Source: Gekko japonicus
Taxonomy: Eukaryota
DNA length: 64,000 nucleotides
Assembly (NCBI RefSeq): GCF_001447785.1
Contig: NW_015164664.1
Span: forward strand, 650,274-714,273
Direction: 5' to 3'
Part shown: positions 1-12,910 of the stretch, in pieces
How the letters are laid out: the number at the start of each line of letters is the position of its first letter
How positions within the stretch are numbered: position 1 is the stretch's first letter
Translations under genes and position numbers: made by a program
Notes under the pieces: model-generated
The model's input: the letters and a program-made list of their open reading frames with translations, nothing else
What the model was told of the DNA's origin: nothing
Databases searched by the model: none

Positions 1-175
1 GGGCAGTCATGTTGGTCTGCAGCAGAACAGTTAAATTCGAGTTCTGCAGCACCTTAGAGATGACGAGCAAGATTTTCAGGGTGTACGTTTTCGAGAGTCA
101 AAGCTCCCTTCAAAGCTTACACCCTGAAAATCTTGTTCATCTCTAAGGTGCTCCTGGACTGGCATCTAACTGCAC
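1..175. mobile_element. Penelope-like inverted-repeat remnant
   Basis: Arms at about 48-85 and 118-152 are near reverse complements; resembles the copies at 29660, 39800 and 40340. Confidence 0.55.
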
Positions 176-1524
176 AAGCTAGGTATGGTGTCTCTGGACA
201 GCAGAGGACGGAGGAAGATTTGCCCCAAACAAAGAGCTCCATGGATGGGAGTGGAGAGGAGGGTAGGCACAATTTCTTTTTCCTTCTGTTGAAAATCTTC
301 CTCCATGCCCCTTCCCTCACCATCAGGTTTTCTCCTTGCCAGGGCCTCTCCTGCCTCCTGTTGCGATGGCCTCCAGGCATGCATTTCCTGCTGCTTTCTC
401 TAGAGAGGTTTGTTTTCAGTGGCAGCTCCAGAAGGGGGTGGGGGAGTGGGTTGCTGCATGCGCAGATGCACAGCAGGAGGAAATGTTGCATCCAGGCCCG
501 GCAAGTGGGAAATGGCACTGCAAACTGCCCTTTTGGAAATACCGAGGTCTACACAGCTGACACTGGAGATGTAATAAGGGTAGGTCAGAGCTCTGGCAAG
601 GGAACAGCTATGCAAGAAAGGCTGTCCAGAGGTTCCTAGGGGTGGGAAGAGGGAATTACCCTTATGTTAAGCACATCATACAAGGATCTCAACATTGGAG
701 ATCATGTTGCTTGCCCATAGGTGTTGTTCTTTTTTGGACAGGGTGATCCAACTAGGATACCCGTCCTCCCAGTGGGTGGGGGCAGACTGAAGAAAATCAG
801 ATATGGGGATAAAAAAAGGACAATATAGAATTGTAGAATAAAAGGATGGGCTTCACTGGATGGCAGAACAGCATATGGCAAATTTGGGGCTATTGTGAGC
901 AATGAGTTCTACAAAGTGGACTATAAATGAAGTAAATATATAAATAAATCAGTTGGGGGAGAAAGGCAAAATTACGCAGATTTTCATAGTGACCCAAGAT
1001 GGAGAGCAGGAAAATGGCATTTTGTCTAGAATCTGTTCCTCAGGACAGCTGTGACTGGGCTTGGGGTAGGGATAGCCAGCAAGGCCCAGTGTCCATGCAA
1101 GGAGAGAACAACAAATCTTACTTTAATCTGGAATGAGTTCTATATAGACCCAGTAAACCCACTGTTTTAATGGTGTACAGGTGCTATTCTGCCTACTGCA
1201 GGCATATTGTACTCTTGCATAGCAAGGATATGTGCATGTGTGTAGGATGGCCTCAGGGGTTGTAAGGCTGCTGAGAAAGATACGGACAGTCACTGACTTG
1301 GTCTTGCCCTCTTTCCTCTTCCTGGGTACCCTCAGTGTCTGCTAGAGAGTTGCTTGCCCACATTCCAGATTTGTGCCAGGCATGTTTTGGATAAAATCTT
1401 AAGTGTAGGCAATGGAAGGGGGTAGGAATGACCTCTGAAAGGCAACAAGGAGAAACAAGAGTGTTATGAGTCCTAATACTTCTCTCTTATATACATTGGA
1501 TTCCAGATAGTGCTAGATTGGCCA

Positions 1525-1735
1525 GTTGTTGTTTGCATCAAGTCACAGATGATTTACGATAACCCCATAGGGTTTTCAAGACAAGAGACATTCAGAGGTA
1601 GTTTGTCATTGCCTGCCTCTGCATTGTGAGTGACCCTGGTATTCCTTGGAAATCTCCCATTCAACTACTAGCCAGGATCAACCCTGCTTTGCTTCTGGGA
1701 TCTGATGAGATCAGGCTAGCCTGGCCTATTCAGAT
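1525..1735 (-). mobile_element. 5S rRNA-derived SINE (SINE3 type)
   Basis: Minus strand reads CTGATCTCATCAGATCCCAGAAGCAAAGCAGGGTTGATCCTGGCTAGTAGTTGAATGGGAGA...GGAATACCAGGG, a degenerate 5S rRNA internal control region, followed by a non-5S body shared with other copies. Confidence 0.7.
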
Positions 1736-2409
1736 CTAGAAAATATAAAATAAAAATACCAAATAAAGCCATCGCCCAAAGCTTTTTAAAGAGGATACAT
1801 GTTTGTGTACCCCTACAGGAAAATGGCATTTTCCTGGTTGCCAAACAACCCCCTCTGAAGCCTATGATTGCAAACAATTGCTGTAGCCAGTTAGTTAGTT
1901 GCCCAGCCTAACCCTATGCATTTCTACTCCCATTTCAATGGGATTAACTCTCAAGTAAATACAGGATTTGGGAATGAGACATCTATGTTTTGAGCAGAGC
2001 TCCAGAGACACCATTACCACCGTACCCATGACTCAGTTCTGGTCTTCAGATTTATATTACCAATCATATTTAATTATTTAGGTTGTAAGCCTTTGGGGTA
2101 TGGACATTGCTTTTGGGAACACTGTTGTTACCTCCTCTGAGTCCCAAATATAAATCAGAACAAAAAGCCAGTAAATAATTGTGCAGACATCTGCAACCTG
2201 GATTATGAAATGGTAGCTTGCTTTCCCATTGGGCCTGCTGAAGCCTTCTGGATGACTGTGAAGCTCATGTAATCCTTCGCCAACAACGTTCTTTCAATTG
2301 ACAAGCTCATTTTGCCCATTTTGAACATACGTTGATGGGCAAACCACCATTGTGTCCTTCTCTCAGTATGACACAGCAAGAGAAATACGAGGACACATCA
2401 GGCTGTAAT

Positions 2410-2604
2410 CAGTGTTCCCTCTAAAATGAGTTAGTATGAGTTTTTTTACCCCCGGCTCACACATTTTTGTTTTAGCTCAGGAAGGAGGGCTCCAGAGCTA
2501 ACTAATTTATGCAGTAGCCAAATCGCTTGCTTACAACTGTAATGCCAGTAGCTCACAAAGCAGAATCTTTGCTCACAAGACTCCACAGCTTAGAAGGAGC
2601 ATTG
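2410..2604. mobile_element. hAT-type MITE
   Basis: TIRs CAGTGTTCCCTCTAA / TTAGAAGGAGCATTG; perfect 8-bp TSD GCTGTAAT at 2402-2409 and 2605-2612. Confidence 0.85.
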
Positions 2605-2819
2605 GCTGTAATGGTTATGCACCACACTTACTAGGGACTAAAACCCATTGAACACGGCAGCGGTTAGTAAGCACGCACAGGCTTGGCCTGCACGCTTTGG
2701 GCCTTTATCCTGTTGCCAAGCCCAACAATGGCGTGAACTAGAACTATTCCAGAACCAATACCGCTAATGTGCACATGCTTTTTAAAAAATCATCAGACGA
2801 AAGCGCAGTGTCCTTGTCC

Positions 2820-3305
2820 CCCTCCGACATGGCGGCCAGCCACAGAGCAGTAGACTTATTGCGTCTCGGTGGCCGTGATTTGGCTCCCTGTCTCTTTAAG
2901 AAGCAGCGCCCAGCTCACTGCGCATGCGGAAAAACCGATGCGGTCACGTCTCAGTTGATTTTTTTTCAATCCCCCTCCTGCCCCTTTGTCCCTTTCTCGC
3001 CTCTCACCCAACCTTAACTGTAAGGCTTTTGATTGGCAGCAGTTTGCGCGGGCCGAGAGGAGAGCGTTCGGCCAATCAGGAGCACCGAAGTCTATCCGCC
3101 TCGGAGTCGATTTTTGATAGGCATTATTTCGGGCTAGTGGACGGAAAGTGGAGGGGAAGTCTCTTGGCCAATGAGGCACCGAGAGGGGCGGGCGGAGTAG
3201 CACGCAGCAAGCTCTAGCGGACGGTTTCCGGCCGCGCGCGCCCTTTTCTCTTTCCCCTCCCCCCGGCTTCGTCGCTTTCTTTCTCAGTTCGGCAGCTTTT
3301 CTGAG
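2820..3305 (+). promoter_or_regulatory. NONO: NONO CpG-island promoter and non-coding exon 1
   Basis: CpG-rich. YY1-like ACATGGCGGC 2827-2836; NRF1-like TGCGCATGCG 2919-2928; CCAAT boxes 3032-3036 (reverse), 3072-3076 and 3168-3172; GC box near 3185; donor GAG|GTAAGG at 3305/3306. Confidence 0.75.
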
Positions 3306-4086
3306 GTAAGGAGACCTTTGGGGGTCGCTGGGAGATTCTGTGGAGGAGGGGGGATGAGCTCGGTCGACCTTCGTCCATTTTCGCGTTATAAAGCCCGGGC
3401 CGCGGGGGGGGGGCTCCGTGCTGATCCCCGGCCTTCCCCACCGCCGCCACTCGGTCTGAAGCACCCTTGGCCCCGCCCTTCGTTCCTTGGCCCGCTCCGT
3501 TGCTGGGAGCAGAGGCGCCAGTGGCCGGTCTAGGCTCTCCCACGCGTCTGGGAGAAACGAAGCTTATCTAGAACCAATGTTTGTTCCTGACTAGCAGTGG
3601 CCTGTCGGGTTTGCTCAGCATCCCTTCCTGGAGATTGAAGGGGGGGGGTGTCATGGAATTGCCGCTGTCGCGAAGCTCCTCTGTGAACAAATAGAACGGT
3701 CCTAGTCGGATTTGGTTTAGCCTCGTTTCATCTGGCTATAAGCGGCGTTTCGTGGCCCTGTGCGGAGATGGAACCAGTTGGCAACTACCATCCCTCCCCG
3801 CAACGGTCCAACTTGCTACGAGAAGTTGTAATGTATGCTTTTTCTTGAGGATTGATGAAATTGCTTTGGACTGAATCAGTTCAAGCTCTGCCTCGTATAC
3901 TGAGCGGGGCAGTGGCTTTGCAGGTTCCAGTGAGGTACTGCTCACCGAGTTCTTTTTACTGGGAGATCCTAGGAATTTAAACCTGAACCTGCTTTATGCC
4001 AAGCAGGTGTTACTCAGGTATGGGTTTTCTTCCTTCTGTAAAGTCACTAATGTGTTGTCATGCTTATTCTCCTACCAGAGTGAAAG

Positions 4087-7000
4087 ATGCAGGGCAACAA
4101 GGGCTTTGCAGTGGAGAAGCAGAATCACACTCCACGAAAGCAACATCAGCACCACCAGCAGCAGCAACAACAACAACAGCAGCAGCAGTCTGCTCCAGCT
4201 AATGGGCAGCAGGCCAACAACCAAAGTGAGTTTGTGCTTGATAGGAAGAGTCTTGGTAGCCAGATAATGTTATTTTGGGTGGTGGAGTGGGGTTAATGTT
4301 AGTGTATGTCTTATTCTGAAGTTTCTTTTTAATATCTTGTTGGGTGCACGTTTGGAAAAATAAACTACCGGTCTTCCTTTCTTTACATGTTCCCATGTTA
4401 ACATTTTATCTTCACAGAAGATTTTTATACCTGTGAAGCTTTTGATTCATTTGTATGCATTGAAAAATTGTTGATTGTGACCATATGAGCACACATAGCA
4501 AATAAATAAATATATGTACACGCGCGCACACACACATATATACACACACAAACACATATACACATATACATACAGGTGTAAAGAACATAAGAGAAGCCAA
4601 TCTTGGATCAGGCCAGTGGCCCATCCAGTCCAGCACTTTGTCACACAGTGGCCAAAAATACCAGGTGTAGTTATCTTATGTGCAAATAGCATCGTTTGGA
4701 ATTTTGCAAAGTGGCCCATAGGTCCCTGGATCTCTGTATACACTTCGTTGTCCATTCCCAGCGAAGTGAATATCACAGAAGATCTCTCAGTAGTTCTAGA
4801 CATACTATTGGAGACCAGATTCTTCAGGAGTAGCCTAGAGCAGCGTTTTCCTGCTTCCATGTGTGAAGTGCAGAAGAGGTTTTGCACAGCACCAGACTTT
4901 GGTAGGATTTACAGTTTATATATGTCGATTGTGCTTTTTTGGTTTGAAGCCGTGTGGTTGGTCTTATTGCTATAGTGGGGTGGTATTTTTAAATCAGTAG
5001 TATCAATTAACAGATTGGAAGTGGTGTTCTGTGGCCTCAAATAGGCACTTTGCAAGTGTGGCCCAGGTTACCATGGATTATGACTTTGTTCCTAAAAGTG
5101 TTATAAATTGTAAAAGGTTACAAATTTGTTATGTCATTATTGTGTTCAGAGTAGTTAAGGTATCAGAATCTATTGGTCTCATCATTAGTAGTCTAAGAAT
5201 GTGCATCTTGTTGAATTACAAGGAGTTCTGCACAAATTACGAGCCGAATTAAATGATGCTACAATGCATGTGGTGGTGTACGGGGTAGCTGTACTGGCGC
5301 TTGTATGGTGAATCCTGTGGGCCAGTTGATCTTCTTTCTAAGATTTGTTGCTTCTCTCTGCTTAATGAATACCCTAGACTTCCTTCTCAAGCAGGGCTTA
5401 CGTGTTCTTTTCTTCTCTGCTGTGTTGCATCTGGCATTTTTAGCTCTTGCACCCCTCATGCATCTTTTTTTCTGCCATCACAGCAGTACGTACACAGTTT
5501 CAGGTACCCGGGAACATTAACCTTGGGTTAGGTTTGCCTGTGATTGGTCTAAGGCACTGAGTGGTGTCTGCTGTAAATGGGGTTGTGTTTTGATTGTCTC
5601 TTGAGTTACTCCTCATAATTGTTAATTTTGTAGACTTTAGAGCTCCAGGCCCTACCTCCTGCTGTCACTGGTAATGCCTTCCCACTGGCACTCTCCTATG
5701 GGTGCTGCTAATTATCTGTTGTCTTGGACCTATCCTTTCAGCTGTTGCAATGTTCTGGCTGTCTCATAGGTGGCTTTGCATCACTAATTTGTGGCCAAGT
5801 AGAACAGTTGCTCTGTTGGGTGAAGGCTGCTACAGGCTTCCCCCTTTTGGACAGGCTGCAAGTGTATAGTCACATGATTATGGTTCTTAGCAGTTTTCTC
5901 TCAGGATCTCTTACTTGTGTTAATCTGCTGCTACTGTTAAAATAGTTGGTGGTTTGATATGTTGGAAAACTTGGCGATTATTCTGACTGTTGTGCTGTTG
6001 AATGTGTTAACACTTGCATTTGTTCCCCCATTTTGTAGAGCGATTCTGTACCTTATTCCCCTCAGATGAAGGCCTGACAATTGATTTGAAGAATTTCCGA
6101 AAGCCTGGAGAAAAAACCTTCACTCAGAGGAGTCGGCTTTTTGTAGGCAACCTGCCTCCTGATATCACAGAGGAAGAGATGAGGAAGCTGTTTGAAAAAT
6201 ATGGGAAGGCGGGCGAAGTATTCATTCATAAGGACAAAGGCTTTGGCTTTATCAGGCTGGTGAGTGGCTATAGGTGGGCTTGGGGAGTTTTGGTTGCTAG
6301 AGATTACTGTGTTCAGAGAAGTAAGTGTGCTGCATATGGTACTGTCTTCTGTGAAAATAGTGCTACCTCATTTTTTCTTAGAGATCCTCCAGAACATGTT
6401 GATTGTTTCAACAGAACAGGACAAACTCGAGTGCTGTTTCTTCTTGCAGACAGCCCCGCCCACATCTTTACCCATCTGGGCTTTGTTTTAAAGGAATTAA
6501 TCAGAAAGGGAGGAAAGTGGTAGCTTGATGAGATGCTGGTGTTGAGGGTGTCTCCTGCATGTGAGATGCCTTAGCTAAATGTTAATTTCTATCTAAACCT
6601 CTCCAAAATGACATATTCCAATAAATGTCTTAACTGGAAAATTTTAGAAGCTGTCTACTCTGGACTCCTGTTCCTGTGTTTCTCTTTCATTAGTCCATAC
6701 ATCTTCCAGCATTTACTCATGGTGACTTCCTGGATTGCTTTTAGTCACTGTCTTAAGAGAATTACTTTACCTTTATGTATTTAGTTCTGGAGTCTTCCTT
6801 TACCTCTTCAGAAATACATTTGTTCTGGCAAGGACATTGCTTGCTCATCCTATTACATGAGCTGGAAAACATAGGTTTGGGCTTTAACAGGTGGTGCACC
6901 TTTTGTCTCCAGGAAACCCGAACTCTGGCTGAGATAGCCAAGGTGGAGCTGGACAACATGCCTCTACGTGGGAAGCAGCTACGTGTGCGTTTTGCATGCC

Positions 7001-10000
7001 ATAGTGCCTCCCTGACTGTCAAGAACCTGCCTCAGTTTGTGTCTAATGAGCTCCTGGAAGAGGCCTTTTCGATGTTTGGCCAAGTGGAGAGGGCTGTCGT
7101 GATTGTGGATGACAGAGGCAGGCCTTCTGGGAAAGGCATTGTGGAATTTTCAGGGAAACCTGCTGCTAGAAAAGCCCTGGACAGATGTAGTGAAGGGTCC
7201 TTCTTGGTAACTACGTAAGTTTGAAGTGTGAGGAATCTTGGACCTGAGTGGGGTGGGGAAATGCTCTTATTCAATACCAGTGGTGCTTATGTGATCTCTG
7301 CCTTTGTTCACACTGAAGAATTACAAGGTTGGTAGTCACTAGGGGTGGATGGTGGATGGTGGTGGTAAAAAGTGCTGTCAAGTTGCAGTCAGCTTATTAA
7401 GTTTTCAAGGCAAGAGACATTCAGAGGTGGTTTGCCATTACCTGCCTCTATGTAGCAAGTTAGCAACCCTGGACTTGTGGTCTCCCATCCAGATACTAAG
7501 CAGGACCAACCCTACTTATGAGGTCTGATGAGTGGGCTAGACTGGGTCATCTAAATTAGGGGTGATGGTAGTTGCTCTCCTAAAGTAAACTTGCAGCAAA
7601 ACTAGTTAGTTAGCAGTCATTTGAAATTTCTACTGAATTTTTTTGTTGTTGTGTTCAGGTTCCCTCGACCTGTTACTGTGGAGCCTATGGACCAGTATGA
7701 TGATGAGGAAGGTTTGCCAGAAAAACTGGTAATCAAAAATCAGCAATATCACAAGTAAGTGCTGAAAGAAGGCGGAAAGGTTATTCTCTTAATGAAAGAG
7801 GTGGCTCTTCAAACTCATCTTTTGCTGGCAAACATGTTTATTAGACTTCCATTGTTCTGTTCATCCTTTTCACAAAAGATCTTGTTATAGGACAGAGTAA
7901 GTGTTCAGACAAAGCTAGGCTTCTGGGCTACGCTTCCTGAAAGTGCACATACCAGCTAGTGTGCTCAAAACGTGGCACTTGGCTGCCATCACCTCATCCT
8001 GTAATTCTTATTCAGCGGTGGTTGCCCCCTAAGTGAATAGACTCATCCATCTTTCAGGGAGCGTGAGCAGCCTCCTCGGTTTGCACAGCCTGGCTCCTTT
8101 GAATATGAGTATGCCATGCGTTGGAAGGCTTTAATCGAGATGGAGAAGCAGCAGCAAGAACAAGTGGACCGAAACATCAAAGAGGCACGGGAGAAATTGG
8201 AGATGGAGATGGAGGCAGCTCGTCACGAGCACCAGGTCATGCTCATGAGGCAAGGTGAGCACCACTTGCACTTGCGTGCCATGGCTGGCTGACTGCTGGA
8301 GACATCTGGTGCAACAGTGAAAGGGTGTGAAACTTTTCTTATGGATGCTTTTTCCAGACTTAATGAGGCGCCAGGAAGAATTGAGGAGAATGGAGGAGCT
8401 GCACAATCAGGAGGTGCAGAAGCGTAAACAGCTGGAACTTAGGTAAGCAGAAGATGAATTAAGCCAGTCCTGTGGTGAAGGCAGGCTCTATAACAGGACT
8501 GTTATTAGTCTTAACTCTGTGTAGTGTGGGTCTGTTGCTTGCAATTTATTTCCTGCAGAGCTAAATACTCTGCAGCTGCTTTATAGCGTGGCTTGGAATA
8601 TGCCGCTGGCTTACATATGTGGCCCTGTCTCCCAGATGGATGACCTTTCAGCTTACCTGACCAGTACCTGTATCATTCTTCTGTTTTTGGGATGTAGGTG
8701 ATTAGCGTCGGTTGGACATGTCGTACCAGGCTACCTCCTGTAGGATTCTTCTCTGGTCCTATGTAGCTTGCTTCTGAAGGAGGAAGCTGTCTCCACTGGT
8801 GTGTTTGGAGCTCTGGGCCAGAACAACTGCCTGGTGCATCTCACTGTACAGGTTGTTGAGTACTAACTAGGTTGTCCTTCAGAGAAAACTGTGCTGGAAT
8901 GAGCGTAAGCAAGATGACTTTTGATGGCCCTCCACTCAGTGAGACTATTCGGGAGTTTCCCTTTCAGGCAAGAGGAGGAGCGCAGACGCCGTGAAGAAGA
9001 CATGAGGCGGCAGCAGGAGGAAATGATGAGGCGACAGCAGGAAGGATTCAAGGGGTCCTTTTCTGATGCGGTAGGTGCTGTCCTTTTTTGCCCAGGATGG
9101 GGAAGGGGGAGGTTAGTATGGCGTGGCTTCTGATCTGGGCAGAGGGCTGCAATGTAATTCTTTACCCATTATTTAGAGTTTTAATAGACACTTCTAGAGG
9201 TCTAAGTATAGAGAGGCCTTCGTCAAACAAAGTTATCTCTTGGATTTGTGTGTCTTACAGAGGGAGCCTCCAGATATGCGAATGGGACAGATGGGCATGG
9301 GAGGTAAGCTGCTGTTGTGTTCAAGAAAAGTACAGTTGTAACTGGTAGTTCTTGGGGGTTTTTTGTTTGGGCTGAGATGCTTCTTCATTGGACTTACCAT
9401 TGGATGCTAGTAAGCTTTTGGAGGATTAATTCATTTCTAAAACACTTTTCATTCTGTAACTTGCATGTGTTGGAGATCTCCTTTTATCAGTCCACTATGC
9501 CAGGTGTGTTCTTCCATTCAGGAGCTGTGTGGTAGGTGAACTGTGGTCTCTGCAGTGCTGCCCAGAGGCTGTAGAATGATTGCTTTTTTCCTACCCACTG
9601 CCTTAATCAACTAGTGTGAAATTCTGTTTTTCTTTAATGGCTTTTAGAAAGGATGGCAGGGCTCCCCTCTTTCATTTGGTCTGTGGTTTGACAATAGATT
9701 TTTATCAGAATGAACTGCTACTATAATCTGAAGAAGCATGCCTGCACATGAAAGTTTATACTCGGGAGTTAGACATTTTGGTCTTAAAGGTGCCACTGGA
9801 TTCAAACACTGTTGCTTCTGACCAACATAGCTACCCATCTGAATCTATCGTTGTATTTGCTTTATGACATACCTGTGGTATTAATTGGTAGGTTTAATTT
9901 GGGGTCAGTTTATGAGCCTTTGAAAAAATGGCAGTTAGAGATGTGGGTGGGACAAAAGATAAACATTTCTGGTGGTAACCATCAGTAGGGAGGGAACTGC

Positions 10001-11872
10001 TGCAGGATCGCAGTGGAGAGGGTATTGCAAGGTGCACATGCCTCCTAGAGAAGGGATTGTCCAAAGACCAGGGAACAAGGCCTGTTGTGATGAGCTTGCA
10101 GTTGAAGTTCCAGGCCCTGGCCACAAGGCTGAGTAGCCTGCTTAACTGTCTGGAGACTGTAGCAGCTGAAATGGGCTTTCCAGTTGTTTGTTTATACTCC
10201 TTCCTTGCTGAGCTTTCAGTGTGCAGCAGCCCCCCCCCCGCCCTCATGCATATTGCTTTCTCTCCAGGTGCTATAGGCATGAATAACAGAGCGACAATGG
10301 GGGGCACCAGCGTTCCAGCAGGACCACCTCCAGCAACTGGTCCTGGTCCAATGATTCCTGATGGAGCCATGGGAATGGTAATGTCATCAAAGAATCAGAT
10401 TTCATAAGAATTGTAATCAGATTTGATTTGACATGCTTCCAAATGGAAGATTTGCACCATTTTACAGACTAATTTGTGTTGTCCAGACAAAGATACCGTC
10501 ATAATAGAAGAAATGGCTTTGTGAAAGCCTACAGTGGCTTTGTGGAAAACCTACAAAGGTATTTTAAGCAAGCAAGTCAGACTACATCCCACAGGGATAG
10601 TGACCCAATTTTGATCTCTCCCCCACTAGGAGTTGCTCACTTGTATTGGCAAGCATTGCTTTTGCATATTTCTAGCATACATTTCTAACTAGTTGCAACG
10701 CAGGGCGTCCCCTAAACATTTTATCCTACTACCCTTCTTCAAAGGAGCTTGGTGCACCTTATAGTCTGTTCTCCTTTCTTTCTCCTGTGACATAGGTGAG
10801 GCTAAACGATGGTCACCCCATGAGTTACGTGGAAGCTTGAGTTCTAGGCTAGCATTCCAAGCACTACATTACCCAGATGATGTCATGAATAGAATCCTGC
10901 CCACAAAGCAGTTTGGTTTTTTTAGCTGTTGTGGGCTTCGATAAAGTAACAGAGAATGTCTAAAGCAGATTGCACTCTGAGACAGACTTGCCTAGTGATG
11001 TGTCCCACTAACTGCAGGTGATGCCCAGATTAAAACAGGGACACAACTAGATACGTGTCGGAATATCTACCAGTTATATCAGTGCCATAGTTTGTCTTCT
11101 GCCATGGGGGGGCAGGTAGTAGTTGTTTCAGCCCCAGAACAGGGAGGGGGGTGCTACAGGTTTCTCATTTCATCATGGTATCCCTGATCCCCAGCATTTA
11201 TGCCAAATGTCCAGGCTCCTTGGGCAGAGATTTAGTGTATGATGGCTTGTTTTTAGAGGTAGGACAGAGAGACTTCTGCGTATGTTCTGCTTTTATGTCC
11301 ATGGGAAATGCAGCCATTAAAAACTAATGGCTTCTTCTGTATCCTTGAGTTTTCCTCTTTGGTGTACTGGTTAAGAGTGGTGGACTCTTAATCTGGAGAA
11401 CTGGATTTGATTCCCCACTCCTTCACATGCTGCCAGCTGGGTGACCTTGGTTCAGTCACAATTCTCTCAAAGCTGTTCTCTCGAGCAGTTCTCTCAGAGC
11501 CCCCTCAGCCCCACTTACCTCACAGGGTGTCTGTTATGGGGGGAGGAAGGGAAGGAGATTGTAAGGCACTTTGGGACTCCCAAGTGAAGGACAGGGGAGT
11601 CCCTTCTGTTTGAGGTATTTGAAGAGTAGGGAAGTACTCACAATTTTGAGGCTCCTCAGAGTTGTTAGTGGAGTTGCAGTAGGCTGCAAGGGATATTCTA
11701 ACTCAAGCTTTTTTTCCTCCTCTCTTAAAACAAGACTCCACCGCCACCTACGGATCGCTTTGGCCAGGGCAGTGCAATGGAAGGACTTGGAACTATGGGA
11801 GGAAATGCACCAGGATTCAACAGAGGAGCTCCTGGGGGAGATTTTGGCCCAAATAAGCGCCGCCGGTACTAA
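4087..11872 (+). CDS. NONO: NONO/p54nrb, DBHS-family RNA-binding protein, 468 aa
   Basis: Coding exons 4087-4225, 6066-6259, 6913-7214, 7659-7754, 8058-8254, 8358-8442, 8968-9070, 9261-9303, 10268-10377, 11735-11872. All introns GT-AG, phases consistent, total 1407 nt. H/Q-rich N-terminus, RRM1 ([21 protein letters not shown]), RRM2, NOPS, coiled coil, C-terminal NLS PNKRRRY. Confidence 0.97.
4515..4573. repeat. (CA)n/(TA)n compound microsatellite
   Basis: Seen directly. Confidence 0.8.
4581..4665 (-). mobile_element. CR1 LINE 3' tail fragment
   Basis: Reverse complement resembles the 3' end of the CR1 copy at 17385-17472 (CTTATGTTCTT tail). Confidence 0.75.
7360..7560 (-). mobile_element. 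5S rRNA-derived SINE copy
   Basis: Homologous to 1525-1735 (GTTTTCAAGGCAAGAGACATTCAGAGGTGGTTTGCCATT...TCTCCCATCC). Confidence 0.65.
9725..9848 (+). mobile_element. Penelope-like remnant with degenerate hammerhead core
   Basis: CTGAAGAAG...TGAAAGTTTATAC followed by TTGGTCTTAAAGGTGCCACTGG, as in 39900-39971. Confidence 0.55.
11358..11590 (+). mobile_element. tRNA-derived (MIR-like) SINE
   Basis: A/B-box-like head and the core GCTGGGTGACCTTGG; related copies at about 12915-13095 and 22645-22850. Confidence 0.6.
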
Positions 11873-12576
11873 TGGGGGGAGATGGGTTGACAGTGCCTCA
11901 GCCACCTCCCCAGGGGGGCTGGCCTTGGCAAAGGGGTACACAGCCTGACTTTGTAAAGGGTTTAGTAAACGCCACAAGGCGCATTCCTACAAACCACAAT
12001 GTGAAAATGGATCCCAGGAGGCTTCAGTAACTGTAGTATCAGACCAGACTAGGACCTTGCTGTCGCTCTCATTCCCAAGCACCTCGGCACAGGTTCAGCC
12101 CTCCCAGTTAACTCAGCTGCAGTTGCAGGATTTCCTGTTTAACCTCAGTCCTCTGAACGCGTCTTCAGAGTGCTGAGGCAGATCCTGTAGTATGTACACG
12201 TGGGTAGTTTCAAATGGCTTATCATGTAGAGGGAGGGGGGATTTTTTTTAAAAAAAAAAACCCTTGTAGCTTTTTACTTTATTTTCTGGACCATTTTTCT
12301 TTACTGTAGCTGGTTGTTGCAGGCAGGAGGGGCAGGTAGTGGTGGTGGTTTGCAGATGAATTATTCAATGTGTTGTACCATTATTTTTTACTGGTAGAAA
12401 AGTACAATCTGTTGAACAAGAGAATACTCCAATTTCCTGTTAAAAGATTCAGTTGAAGAGATTTGTATAACCTAACCTTGCCTGTCTTGTGTAGAAGTAT
12501 GAGACTTTGTGTGAACCTGAGCTGTAATCGTCTACTAACAGGTTGAGTTTGTCTGAAGACTGTTTCAGGAATGCAC

Positions 12577-12582
12577 ATTAAA
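12577..12582 (+). terminator. Probable NONO polyadenylation signal ATTAAA
   Basis: ATTAAA about 700 nt after the stop codon, followed by a GT/T-rich downstream element. Confidence 0.55.
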
Positions 12583-12850
12583 AGGGATTTTAAGCCTTTT
12601 TCATCTTGTGTGTGGTCTCTTTTGCTTCGTGGGATGGTGCACTTCTGGTTTATTGCCACTAGAGGGAGTCAAGCAGTTGCCTTTCCGGACCTGTTGGAAA
12701 TGGCAGCCAAATCATCAGTATTGCTGAGAAGGCCTAAGGCTCTGTGCTTCAAGATGTCCCCACTCCTTTTCCAGCTTTTTCCCCTGCCCTTGCAAAGCCA
12801 ATATGCTCTTTCTTGTCTGATTGAGCTGGTAGTTCTAGTGTTTACCAGAT

Positions 12851-12910
12851 GCCTTTGTTTTGAATTTTGCCGCCTTCAGAGCCTTTGTTTTGAATTTTGC
12901 CGCCTTCAGA
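12851..12910. repeat. Perfect 30-bp tandem duplication
   Basis: GCCTTTGTTTTGAATTTTGCCGCCTTCAGA x2. Confidence 0.95.

Noticed and set aside
117-639. Overlapping ORFs of 72-168 aa at the window start
   Set aside because: No recognisable domain or clear exon structure, and partly overlapping a repeat. An exon of an upstream gene cannot be excluded but is unsupported.
1630-1735. 5S rRNA gene
   Set aside because: Too diverged, incomplete, and fused to a repeated SINE body.
2856-3543. Minus-strand ORFs of 202 and 109 aa
   Set aside because: Stop-poor frames expected in a GC-rich promoter; low-complexity translation.
12851-12910. 30-bp direct repeat as a CRISPR-like array
   Set aside because: Only two abutting copies, no spacers, vertebrate context.
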